A stretch of 64,000 bases of DNA from Amoebophrya sp. A120 (lineage: Eukaryota > Protista > Dinoflagellata). Shown piece after piece: positions 32,362 to 45,164 of this stretch. The stretch covers positions 1,705,341 to 1,769,340 of the forward strand of contig CAJINV010000007.1 of assembly GCA_905178155.1 (NCBI GenBank), in the 5' to 3' direction. The notes beneath the pieces were generated by a model. The model saw only the letters and a program-made list of their open reading frames with translations, was not told the DNA's origin and ran no database searches. Position numbers and translations under genes: made by a program. The stretch's first letter is position 1. Every line of letters begins with the position of its first letter.

Positions 32362-35331
32362 ATGGCTTGCGGTTGCTTTGGCGGTAAATCCGATCTTGTT
32401 AAAATGGCTGAATTGCAGGGGTTCCTGAAGTCCGTCTCGCTCTTCCGGCATTTGCCGGACAGCGAGCACAGCACGATTGCGCGCGAGATGCACCGGGTCA
32501 AGTACAAGAAGGGCGACATCATTTTCAAGCAGGGTGACCAGGGCGACGCGTTTTACATCGTGGCGCAGGGTGCGGCGAGCGTCCTCGTCCGCCCGTCCGC
32601 GTTCATCAAGGTGAACGACTACGTCACGCTCGCGACGGAGCTGATCTTCTCCGGCAAGACCGTGCCGCCGGGCACTGTCGCCCGGGTCGACAAGTATGAC
32701 GCCAACCGGGACTACCCCTACACCATCCGGCTGCAGGGGCAGAAGTGGGATGGCCAGCGCGGACGCGTCATGCCGGACGAGATCGAGCTGCACCAGGGAA
32801 ACCCGGAGCCGGTCCACGTCGCGACGCTGAAAGCGGGTACTATTTTTTGGATACTTGCTCATGCTCATTTTTCTACTAGTACTGACTGTAGTGCGACCGA
32901 AGTATAAAGTTGTTATTGTATCTGCAAAATCTGACGTGGCAAAGTGGCCTCCAGACGCAACAAGTAGAACATTCATTATCGACTCGTCAGATGGCCTTGT
33001 ACCATACGGCGCATAGTTGTACTACAATTTTTCCAATACCAAATGAAATTACCCTTTGGAGGACGAACCCCCACATCACTATCAACACCAGGTGATTATT
33101 TCGGCGAGCAGTCTCTCCTGAAGGGCAAACCGCGCAATGCGACGATCAAGGCAGCGGAGGACTTGGAATGCGCCGTGATCGACTCCCGGGTGTTCTCCAA
33201 GCTCGACCTCGGCTCGAAACTCCAGTTCGCCAAGCGAAAGGCCCTGCAGGCGCACGACGGGGAGAAGAAGTCGGGGGACACCACGAAGTCCGAGGAGGAG
33301 ATGAAGTTGGTCTTGAATGGTATCCTCGCCAACACGAAATTGACGGAAATCGTCTCGCTCGACGAGCAGCACCTGGACGCCATGGTCGCCGCCGCCTACC
33401 GGCAGAAGTTTGAACCAGGTAGAGTTTGATGTGGATGCGTTTTAATATTGCGGTTTCATCTTCATGCATATGGAATTTAAGTTAACCGAGGCGTGTAGTC
33501 GTTATCGTTAACGTTTTTTTCCCTATTAAGCACCGCGAGCACTAGTACCGTCGGTGAATGAGAAGAATCCTGGGCGGATCTTTACAAAATCCTAAACCCT
33601 TCCTATCTTCCCCTACTCCATCCAGGTGACGTCGTGATCAAGCAGGGAGACATTCAGGCCGAGGAATTCTACGTGATTGCCTCCGGTAAGTTCGATGTTT
33701 CCGTGGCGGACCAGCACACCACCGACCACAAGATCCACGCCGCGGAGAACGTCGCCACCTTGTCCTCCGGCCAGTCGTTTGGCGAGCTCGCCCTGCTGTA
33801 CCAGGCCCCGCGCGCCGCCACGATCACCTGCAAGACCGCGGGGACCTTGTTCGCGATTGACCGGTTCACCTTCAAAGACACGCTGCGCAAGGCGAACGAG
33901 AACCGCCACCTCGGGTACGTGAAAATTCTCGATTCCATCCACCTGTTCGACTGCCTGCTCGCGGACGAGAAGGAGGCCATGGCCTCCTGCCTGGTCGAAA
34001 CCCACTACATCATGGGCGAGACCATCATCAAGGAGGGGGAGGAGGGGGACGCGTTTTACATCCTGAAGCAGGGGCAGATTGCGTTCACGAAGAAGGACGA
34101 GAAAGGCCAGGAGAAGGTGGTGTCCCACATGGACAGCACGAAGCCGGGCAAGGGCTGCTACTTCGGCGAGCGGTCCCTTCTGAAGGCGGAAAAACGCGCC
34201 GCCACGGTGCGGGTCACGTCCCAGGAAGCCGTGGCGCTTGCGCTGTCGAAAGAGCGGTTTGAGGATATGGTCGGCCCGCTGGCGGACCTGATCAAGGCGC
34301 AGGAGGCGGGGCAGCAGCGCACGGCGAAGGTCGCGGCCGCGGGCGCGGCCTCCCCGGGGCAGCAGCGCGACATGAAGACGATCAAGCAGTCCGACCTGAA
34401 GCGGTTGGCGCTGCTCGGCTGCGGGGGGTTCGGGGCGGTGACCCTGGAGCAGCACAAGACCACCGGGGACACCTACGCGCTGAAGCGGCTTTCGAAAGGC
34501 CACATTGTCAAGACGAAGATGCAAGCCGGGACCATGCGCGAAAAGAACATCCTGGCCATGTGCGATTCCGCGTTCGTGATCCGTCTGTTCGCCACCTTCA
34601 AGGACGACCAGTACCTGTTTTTCGTCCTGGAACCGGCCCTCGGCGGGGAGCTGTACGCGACCTACCATAAATACCGTTTTCACGGGGACGTGAAGAAAGC
34701 GAAATTTTACGCCGCGACGGTCGTGTTTTGCTTCGAGCACCTGCACGAGCGCAACATTCTGTACCGGGATCTGAAGCCGGAAAACCTGCTGTTGGACGGC
34801 CGGGGGATGTGCAAGATCACGGACATGGGGCTGGCCAAGGTGGTCACCGGAAAAACCTTCACCACCTGCGGAACCCCGGATTACTTCGCGCCCGAAGTGG
34901 TGCAGCAGGCGGGCATGGGACGCGGCGTCGACTGGTGGACCCTCGGCATTTTGATCCACGAACTCATGTCCGGCCACGCGCCGTTTGAAGCAAACGACCC
35001 GATGGAGACCTACCAGAAAATCGTCCGCGGCGTGTCCCGGGTCCGCTTCGTGTACCGTGACGCGGACGCGGTGGACCTGGTCAAGAACATGCTGAAGCAC
35101 CAGCCGGCCGAGCGACTCCCGATGCGGGTGGGGGGCACGAAAAACGTCAAGCAGCACCCCTGGTTCTCCGACTTTGACTGGGATGCCTGCTACACCCAGA
35201 AAATGACGGCACCCTACAAGCCCATCGTGAAATCCCCCACAGACGCCTCCAACTTCCGCGCCAGCGAGTCAGATTTGCCACCAAGTATCAACTATGTGGA
35301 CGACGGAACGGGCTGGGACGCCGATTTCTAA
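32362..35331 (+). CDS. PKG-architecture kinase, paralog 3; 3 exons
   Basis: GT-AG introns 32837-33091 and 33419-33625; three CNB cassettes ([36 protein letters not shown]) and an intact kinase ending WDADF. Confidence 0.95.
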
Positions 35332-36638
35332 CGATCTACTAAGATCATTTTGGGTCATTTGATTGATTTATTCATAGGGCTGTTTTACTTATTTCATTTC
35401 CTAGAAGAACTCTACGTCTACAATAATTACCAAGATGTGTTTTATTTCGTTTTCGTTTATATGACTTTTCAACTTCGTAATTTTAGGATTTATTTCATTA
35501 CATAACGCGCACAGATTTTCTTTTTTTTCACGAGAGTTTTTTGTTCGGATCTGTTACTGTTTCGATAAAGCACCACTACTCGTCGCAACATCAATTTTCT
35601 ACCACAGATAAAGGCTAGTTTCTGACTTTTCACAACATACACAATTAAGACACGACGAGGCCGATGGAGACCTTTCGAGACGCGATGGAAATACCTTCTG
35701 CGCCTTCGGTCACAGTAGAATTTTGTCAGGAAGTCGTTGGCTCCAAGAGCAAGCGTCTTTTATTTAGCACGACCCACCATCATTTCGCCCCCTCCAACTA
35801 AATTTACTACACGCAGCTGATGTTGTATAAAAAACTAGTTCTTCGGTCGGATTGGATTTTTACCTGTAGCCCAGGGTCTCTCTGAAAGCCTGGCAATCAG
35901 CGGCATGCTCAACATTCAATGCAAAACGATGGGCTGTTTTTGCAGCTTTGAGGACAACTGACTCCCCTGGCACGCAAGTTAGAGCAGATTGCAGTTTTCC
36001 GATTGTCAACCGAATCTACTTCTTTTTCACATGAGCAAAAAGACAGCTCAGCGCGGGGCCGCCGCGGTTTGCGATAGTGCCTGTGTCCTGGTGCCGAGCA
36101 CAAGTGTGCGTCGTTGTTCATGTCTCAAGTGTGTGCTTGGCATTTTTTTTTTTGCTTTAGGGTCGCTTCATTTTTGGCTTGAGGAACCAAGAGAGATGAG
36201 ACGGGCTCTTGACCAAGGAGCACTTTTTTGCACTCATATCGTGCTGATAGTAGATCGCGCGTCTCTTTCTTCATCTTCCCATATTCGGTTCTTTTTTCGT
36301 GACAAGTCGCATCAGAGTCAGTTCGGTGGATCAGCTGTCTTTTCGGTCGACTGATCGTCATTTTTCTTTTTTTTTTATTTTTTCTGCGTTCACATAAAGA
36401 AAGCGTATCTTCGACACTTTATTTCCAAAACACATCAGCAACAGCATCAACAGCACGTTAGCTGCACCTTTAGAAGATTTAGTTGCTACGGTGCTGCTGC
36501 TAACTTGGCGCCGAAACCGTCGGAAATTGTCATTGTGTAAAAAAATTGGAGTCCTTGCTTTCCTTCTTGAATGATCCACATCACAACTTGAACCTCAAGA
36601 TACCTAGAAGAAGTAGTAAAAAGTTTATTTATCACAAA

Positions 36639-39600
36639 ATGGCTGGCATGATTGAGTTCTTGGAGCGCGTGCCGATCTTTCGCACGCTGCAGAAGGATGA
36701 TCTTTCTGTCATCGCGCAGGGTATGAAGCGGGTCAGCTTCAAAAAGGGGGAGACGGTTTTCGCGCAGGGAGATACGGGGGATGCCTTCTACATCGTGGCT
36801 GTTGGACAGGCAAACGTCTGCTCGAGGCCCAGTAGCTTTATCAAGGTACAACTATCAAGATCCTGTGTTTAGAGATTTTGATTTTTGTCCTGTGTCAAAA
36901 TGCTGAGCCAGAAGCGTAACAAGAGTATGAGTAAAACGGACATGATAAAATAAAATAAACAAGAACTCTTCACATCCTTGCGACAATACTTGTGTCAAGT
37001 AGTGCGTGTACCTAGTGTACTACTGGTTGACAACCAGTAGTACACCATGTACACGCACATCCTGTGCGACTAGTCGTCCTACATGACAAGAACTCACCTG
37101 AACAATAAGAAAAAATCTCGCTTAGGTTGGTGACTTCGTGGAGCTCCTCACGGACTTGACTTTTGCCGGAAAAATCGTGCCGAAGGGCACAACGGCACGG
37201 GTGGACAAGTACGACGCCAGCCGGGATTACCCATACACCGTTAGGGTTCAAGACCCGAAGTTCGGGGGGCAGAGAGGCCGCGTTTTGCCGGACGAAATCG
37301 ATTTGAAGGAGGGAAAACCCGAATCCGTCCACGTGGCAAACTTGAAGCCAGGTCGGTAGTTAGAAGTCACGTGGAGTAGTTCTAGAGCTTGATGAGCTTC
37401 GCTTTTGTAGTCTAGTAAGGAAAATTCATTGTCTGCATGAGCATGGACATGGAAACAGTAGCAGGAGCAGCTGTAAGTTTGCATAACAGACAAACCACGA
37501 GCACGACCTCCACCTCGTATCAACATGTATTAAACCTCAACAGGCGACTACTTCGGAGAGCAATCTCTGCTGAAGGGTAAGCCAAGAAACGCCACAATAA
37601 AGGCAGGGGAGGATTTGGAGTGCGGCATGATCGACGCCGATTTGTTTAAGCAGCTGGAGCTCGGTTCGAAAATCTCTTTCGCAAAGAGAAAAGCGATCCA
37701 GACCTTTGACAGCGAGAAGAAGGAGCCCGGTGGTGATACCAGCAAGAGCGAGGCGGAAATGAAGCTGATTCTGGTAATGAATAAGTTGATGTTACGACGA
37801 ATTTTGTTTGAAATATAATGCTGTGTTTCGTGGTCATTTATCATTTGTCTCTTTGAATTTCGGTAGTACGTACTAGAGCAGCAAGCGAAAAATTGAAAAA
37901 CGCAAAATGAAAATATTATACAGGAAGCGATTCAGAACAACAAGAAACTGACGGAGATTATTGACTTCGAGGAGCAGCACCTGAACGCCATGGTCGCTGC
38001 GGCTTGGAAAAAACAGTGCTCACCAGGTATGTGCAAGTATTAGTATATGAAAATGAAAATGGCAATGGCTATGGGAAAGAGAAGTTGTAGTTGATTTTTG
38101 CGACTACAACAATAATAATCAAGCAAGGTGTAGTACCTGCACGCGGAAGATCTGGATCACGAACTCAGATCTGTTTCGCTACGGGCAAATTTCATGATCC
38201 CATAATTTGTTCAGGTGACGTGATCATCTCCCAGGGCGATATTCAGGCGGAGGAGTTTTACGTGGTGAACGGGGGCGAATTTGAAGTGAGTGTCCAAGGG
38301 GCCGGTGGCGATTCCGTCGATAGCAAAGCGGTCGCGGCCAAGACCGTGGGGACCCTGCAGGCGGGGGCAAGTTTCGGCGAACTGGCTCTGCTGTACCAAG
38401 CTCCGAGAGCAGCCACGGTCACCTGCAAGAGACAGGGGGCAGTACAAATGACATAGGAATTTTTTTTTGGTTTGGATTTCGGTTTCGTGTGTGAGCTTGA
38501 GCTGCGGGCTGCAATTATGCAGGATCAACACGATCATGAAGCATTTCTCAAACAATTTGCTTCATTGAAAATCCAGCTATATGCTGTGCTGTCCCTTTTA
38601 CGATCTTCAGACGACAATATGCAACGACATTTCCAAATCGTGCAGCTCTTCGTTATCGACCGCTACACGTTTAAAGAAGCTCTGCGTCGCGCCAACGTGG
38701 ACCGAACCAAGGGCTATCTGAAGATCATCGACAGCATCCGGCTCTTCGACTGCATGCTTGCGGACGAAAAGGAAGCGGTTGCAAACGCGCTTGTGGAAAC
38801 CAGCTTTATCTATCCTCGATGCAAAATAATGAATATCGCACTTCATCTTGCTCTGGGCATACAAGTTCATTGCAGTTGCAGTGAGATCTTCTGCATGACA
38901 GACCGAGACCTCTCAACTTACCTGCTCAAACATGATGAGGGATTCGTCATGTGAACCCATTTTCTGCATAGTTTACTTGAGTAATATGCTATGTAGTGAC
39001 GAGGTCACCGAACGGTTCTAAGCACCAAAAAAAATGCAGTTCCGACTACTAAGCCCTAGTGCGAAATGAATATTTTTCTCACGCATCTCGTCCTCGGTGA
39101 GACGATTATCAAGGAGGGCGATGTCGGGAACGCGTTCTACATCCTGTATCAAATGTAAAAATAAATGTCTGGTTGTGGAAGAAGCCGAACTTGTGATGCT
39201 GCATTTGGATTCCAAAAAAATCTGTATTGCATGACCAGCAAAGTAAGGGAATGCAATTTTGGCTACGCGGAGAGGGCATTTGTCATGCGGAATAGGCATC
39301 GCGAAGCCCTCAAAAAGTCTGTGACGCTAGGGCATGCATCACAGACATCATGTCCCATGCAAAACGTGCGTGACAAGTATCCAAATCTTCCAGACCCAGA
39401 CATTTTTACAGTTGATATCCTGAAAAAGGGGACGATTGCGTTCACAAAACGGGACCCGAACGACGGCGAGGACAAGGTGATCTCCTACATGGACGCGTCA
39501 AAACCAGAAAAGGTATATAAACTTGTCATGCTGACGCCTACGTAGGTAGAGGTACGTACCCCACGGCCACGGCCAGCACAAGGTAAAAACGGTTGTAGGT

Positions 39601-41841
39601 GAGGGAATTTGTAGTGCATCTTTCACGACTTCCTCGACAAAGAAGTAGATGTTGAACCATACCGAAAGCCAAGAAACCGCAAAACTACAACCACCCAGGG
39701 CTGCTTCTTCGGCGAGCGGTCTCTGCTGAAGCAGGAAACTCGTGCCGCCACCGCAAGAGTGACTTCCTCCGAGGCGGTTGCGCTGGCACTTTCCAAGGAG
39801 CGGTTTGAAGAGATGCTCGGGTCGCTGTCTGATATGATCAAAGAGAAGGAATCCACCACCTCGCGCCGATCGAAGGTGGTGAAGGAGCACAAACCCAGGG
39901 ACATGCACACGATCAAGCACGAGGATTTGAAGACCATCGCGCTGCTTATCAGATGCAAGATTACAAAATAACGATCTTCTTCACCGCCCAACTCAGTTTG
40001 TACTTTTTATGCACAGGAGTAGACCTGAAAAAGAAAAAATTATTGAAACAAAATTAGCCTGTATTGAGTTGTGCATTTTTACGAACTGAGGTCGAGGGTG
40101 GTGAACAAGTAGAACATTTGCTACCGCTCCATAGTGGTCGGCTGTGGTGGTTTCGGCGCGGTCACGTTGGAACAGGACAAAAACACGAACAAGACGTACG
40201 CCCTGAAGAGGTTGAGCAAGGGCTTTATCGTGAAAACGAAGATGCAGCTGGGCACCATGCGGGAGAAGCACATCCTGGCGCTGTGCGATTCGGATTTCGT
40301 GATCAAGCTTTTCGCCACGTTCAAGGACGCACAGTACCTCTACTTCGTCCTGGAACCAGCGTTGGGCGGGGAGCTGTACGCAACCTACCACAAATTCCGC
40401 TTCCACGGAGACGTGAAAAAGGCGAAATACTACTCCGCAACCGTCGTATTCTGCTTTGAGCACCTGCACTCCATGAACATTCTGTACCGCGATTTGAAAC
40501 CGGAAAACTTGCTATTGGACGACAAGGGAAACTGTAAAATGACCGATATGGGGCTGGCGAAGGTATTTTTTGTTTAGGATACTAGCAGGGCCGTTGTTTC
40601 ACTGTTTTTGTGTAATGTCTCCTGTATTTTTTCCTGCATGAGGAGGAGGAGGACAATAAATGAATAAACCGGGGGCTCAGGCTCTATAATTTCGAAGCCA
40701 GTCATCTCGCTCTCGTGCTGTGCTGCAAAAAAGTAGAAATGATTGAATCTCCAGGTCGTGACCGGTAAAACGTACACCACGTGCGGCACCCCCGACTACT
40801 TTGCCCCGGAAGTGATCCAGCAGACCGGTATGGGCCGGGGCGTCGATATCCTGAGTAAAAACGTCCCCACACCAGAGTCAGGATGGGGATTTTGCAACAC
40901 AAGCCGAGGAGTTTTGGGAGTCACGCATGACAAATTGCAGGCTGTATTGTAATGCAGTTTAGCAAGGGAAGTCGCATTGCAAATACATCTGCTTATGCTG
41001 TTTACAGCATTACAAGTTCCAAAACGCGATCGGGAATGCCTATCATGGAGATGCGCATTACAAGTCTTCCAGTCTTTGCAAATCTGCATTACAACTCTGG
41101 TGTGGGTACGTTTTTACTCAGGATAGTCGACTGGTGGACGTTAGGCGTCCTCACGCACGAGTTGCTCTGCGGCCACGCATATCAAATGCAAAAACATCGT
41201 ACTAGTATAGATTGCATTACAAATTAGCCCAGCATTACAAATTGAATTTGTAATGCTGATTTACCTTGAGAAAGAGATTTGTAATGCATATATGCAATTG
41301 CTACGAGTGCGATACTTTTGCAAAGCATAGCGCACCGTTCGAGGCCAACGACCCGATGGAAACCTACCAAAAGATCGTGCGCGGCGTGAACCGGGTCAGG
41401 TTCAGCTACAAGGACAGCGACGCGATTGACCTCGTGAAGAACATGCTGAAACACCAGGCCAGTGAGCGCCTGCCCATGCGGGTCGGCGGCACGAAGAACA
41501 TCAAGGGGCATGTCTGGTACTTGTACAGAATAATGGGGCGTAGATATCCTGTAGTTGATTGAAAAGTGGTTTTCATATTTGTTTTTTGAATTTGCCTACT
41601 TGCGACATTTTGCATACAGCATAATTTGATTTTAATTGCGATAGATATGAAACAAAACCAAAATAAACAAAGGTTCCGTGACTTCGACTGGGATGCGCTG
41701 TTTAGCCGAAATATGGTTCCGCCCTTCAAGCCAACTGTGAAGTCCACCACGGACACCAGTAACTTCCGGGCGAACGAATCCGAAATGCCGCCGAATGTGC
41801 CCTACAAGGACGACGGGAGTGGCTGGGATGCGGACTTCTAA
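36639..41841 (+). CDS. PKG-architecture kinase, paralog 4; about 14 exons
   Basis: Exons align closely with paralog 3. GT-AG introns 36846-37125, 37352-37543, 37774-37923, 38027-38214, 38442-38645, 39513-39698, 40564-40754 and 41517-41672; non-canonical introns near 38808-39090, 39147, 39947, 40847 and 41180. Confidence 0.9.
39147..39417. mobile_element. Introner-like TIR element, family B
   Basis: tatcaaatgtaaaaat...tcttccagacccagacatttttacagttgata; perfect TSD tcctg; removal restores AFYILKKG (paralog 3: AFYILKQG). Confidence 0.9.
39947..40133. mobile_element. Degenerate TAT...ATA element forming a non-canonical intron
   Basis: Starts tatcagatgcaa, ends ccata; flanks ctgct/gtggt; removing element + 5 nt restores IAL(V/L)GCGGFG. 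TIR mostly decayed. Confidence 0.6.
40847..41125. mobile_element. Introner-like TIR element, family A
   Basis: Family A TIRs; perfect TSD gtcga; inserted in the kinase GVDWW motif, which removal restores. Confidence 0.95.
41180..41329. mobile_element. Introner-like TIR element, family C (150 bp)
   Basis: tatcaaatgcaaaaacatcgtactagta...tacgagtgcgatacttttgcaaagcata; TSD acgca/gcgca; removal restores GHAPF. Confidence 0.85.
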
Positions 41842-43352
41842 GTCCCCTGGTGGCGTTTCCAGTAGAAACGATCAACTTTCGAGTAGCAGTAGGTGATAAT
41901 TTTTTACAAAAACTTTGTGTTTCAATTTTCGATCGCGTTTGTATAAACAGAAGGGCACCTTCTGCGGTTTGATTCATCCAAACTACGACCGGAATGTCAG
42001 CAAATGTGCAACAGAAAGCTAAGCTGTCTTGTGCCATTTTTATTTTCTAGATTCTCAACATGGATCAGCATAAGTAATGAACCAACAGGAAAAGCGATTA
42101 TCTTTAGAAAACAAGTCGGCAGAAGTGCATATTTTTATTTCCACACATCATGATCGTCTGCATCAACACGGGGGATAGATTGCCATTTCTGAGCAAGTCG
42201 CGTTTCGAACGATACAGAAATAAGTCCAACGGAGCACTATTAGACACATAACCTTTGGCGTTTCACTATCACTTCAGAAGATACCTCGAACACATAATGA
42301 TCTTTCTTACGTTACCAGTAATAGCAAGCAAGACAGTAGCTGTATCAAGAAATAATATTAATCAGTGGAAGATAGCTTTTGCAATACAGGTTTCGAGATG
42401 TTGACAAATATTGTGGTCTTTTCCCCCACGAGAGATGATGCAAAATCACGAAGAAGGCGAAGAAAATGGAACAGTACGCGATAACACCAAGGAATTAAAG
42501 CGAATAGAACGCTCAACGCAGAACGCCCTCCCTGGATATGAAGAGAGACGAACTACATAACTAAACTCAAAGATATTAAGTAGAACTACATATGGATACC
42601 ATGGAACCATTGTGGACATAGGAAGATATTACAGTCTAGTATCATGCTGGCCTTCCAGCAACATAGAAAATGATCAGGAGTCGTGATGGGAACGGCTAGA
42701 AATAAACTACCTATTAAGCGGAAAGGTTGGTTTTCCAAGCGCCTGCGCACAGCATCTTTCTGGGCCGATCCCGCGGAACGCGTTGTCAGTGAGATGCTGA
42801 TGTTCATTTGAGCACAGGTGAAGCGATGACGATACGGAAAATTCGAGCAAGATGAAAGATTTATTTTGCAGCTGCGTAAGTACAACATCAGGGCCATCAA
42901 CAGCCGTGGACTTAGAACCACAAGGTACTGAAAGTGATCGAGATCCAATGGCAATGGAGAGGCAGCGTGAATGGTTCTCCTTCTAGTTCTAACTGACTAT
43001 TCTTAAATCGGCATCCATTACTAGGCTCATTTTCCAAGAATTTTGGTGCACAGCGAAAGCAAATGTTGTATTTGAACGAATTTGTGTCCTCTTGTTGACA
43101 CCAAAAGAGGCGGCCAGAGCAAGCTTTAACGTTTTCTGTTTCGTCTGTCCCCTATAAGCACACTATCAAACATGTAAGCAAAACGAAAACGCCAAAGATT
43201 GAGATTCTTTGAAGCGCCAATATATTCGAGCTCTGTTGATACTGATTTCACATTGATATTTCTATGTGCATCAACATTTTTTACCGTTGTTGCGTAGTAG
43301 ACGACAAGCATTTTTCGTGGTATTGTACTACTCTATCTGCGAAAAAAGTACC

Positions 43353-44337
43353 ATGGCCGTGATTGTTCCGAGAAATTTCCGGCTACTAGATGAGCTGGAG
43401 AAAGGGCAGAAAGGCGACTGCGCATCGGGCGTAACCTGGGGTCTGGAAGACCCAGACGATATCACGCTGACCTACTGGAACGGCACCATTTTCGGCCCAC
43501 CAGCGACTGTTTTTGAGAACCGTATTTTATTGCATAGATACTTAAACTTATGGATTCGTAATCGTACTAATACTATTCCTCGTTGATGTAGTAGCGCAAA
43601 AATTGTTCGAGTACGAGACTCAAATAAACTGTCAGCATTGAAGATGTGATCACGAAGTTGCATGACTCGCTTACGCTTGACGAGCATTTGTAGCAGGCGT
43701 GGAGTTATTTGTGATTTGCTTCTGTACGTATTTGCATCAGATCATAAGCAGGGTGAAAGCGGCACTGGCGCTCCTGTATGACAAAAAAAAAAGGAAAATA
43801 AATATCAGGTATCTACTCTCTCTCCGTGGTTTGCGACAAAGATTACCCGGACAAGCCACCAACTATCAAATTCAATACACAAATCAACCTGTCAGTAGCA
43901 GACAAAAACGGGATGTGCAAGGTACAGGTCGATCATGTCGATGATAGTTCTTGTTGAATACAGCGTTGACTTGCAGCAGGGGTCCACCTGTTTGTCTACT
44001 TCTGTATTATGATGCACCATTTTCATATGTGTTTCTGGTTTTTATTACATCAGTTTCTATCGCAGTTCATTTAGACGAGTCCTCGATTCACCCGTATTAA
44101 CGGAAAGAAAAGCAAAGATGAGTCATCAAGTCGCCCTCAATGGGTTGGACATACAAAGATGACGCTGATGATGATGATGATGACCAAAAAAAACAGGAGC
44201 AGTGGCCCATTATTTCCGGTTGGAGAAGAGAATACACGCTGGAGACAATACTATCAAGCCTGCGACAAGAGATGGCTAGCGGGGCAAATCGAAAGTTACC
44301 GCAGCCCCCCGAGGGGACCACTTATCCCGTGAACTAG
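43353..44337 (+). CDS. UEV1: Ubiquitin-conjugating enzyme E2 variant (UEV1/MMS2); 3 exons
   Basis: [62 protein letters not shown]; GT-AG introns 43522-43808 and 43922-44196. Confidence 0.95.
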
Positions 44338-45164
44338 ATGCTGGCCACTTTAGTCGACAATCAGCTTCTTCGCCGAAAGATTGAAATACTAGCACACGAC
44401 GAGTGGTTGCAGCTTCATCTCAACAAACGCGCAATTTCAATTTGAATTTGTTGTTGCATTTGCGACCATGGAGGTTTCTGCTTTCCGCCCGGTTCCTCGA
44501 TAGTGAATCATAGACCTCCTCCTATGCCATTCTTTTTACCCCAAGCGAATGCGAAAGCGAAAACTTCCACCGCGACCAAATCAAAAAAATATAACTTCTT
44601 AAGGAGCTGCACGCTGTCTTCGGCGCTCACTCCAGACGTGTCTGTGCGCACGCGAAGCAGGTTGTTTTTTCTGTTCCAAGCTGCAGGCTTGACAATGAAC
44701 TAGAGAAGTTCTTACAAGCACAAAATGAGTATCAAGATGATGATCGACGAAAAATGTTCGAGGGGACGAACGAAATTGATCCTGTGTGTGAGATCTTCAC
44801 GTTCAAACAACAGAAACCGAAAGTTTTATGTTGATCAGGTGAGAACGGCGTGCCCATAGGTCGGCTCTGGCGTCCTGTCTCAGACTAATTTAAGCGATTT
44901 GTTGCAAAGTCGACGAAAAAGGTACTATTCAAATCAAATTTCGAGTGCTTTTGCCGCGGTGATCACCAAGTGGAACCTCATTTTCCTGATTAAGTAAATG
45001 TTTACATGTCCTCAAGTAATGAGAAGCGATGTAGTAGAAAGAAAGATTAATACATGTTGATTACTTGTTGCTAATATTTCGACAAGGTACCTATTGGGTG
45101 ACACAAAAATCGCAGTACGCTGCTGCTAGCTACTGATACTGTACTCTATTTTATTCCTAAATTT

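Noticed and set aside
33613-35157. Long minus-strand ORFs (514 aa here; also 3868-4503, 12645-13364, 45863-46765, 63255-63989)
   Set aside because: Antisense shadows of GC-rich + strand exons with no independent motifs.
6636-41125. About 30-bp repeats as a CRISPR array
   Set aside because: They are inverted pairs dispersed in eukaryotic genes, with no spacer array or cas genes.
36639-41841. Kinase paralog 4 as an insertion-disrupted pseudogene
   Set aside because: Every exon is intact and conserved with mostly synonymous or conservative change; splicing is the simpler explanation, pending RNA data.
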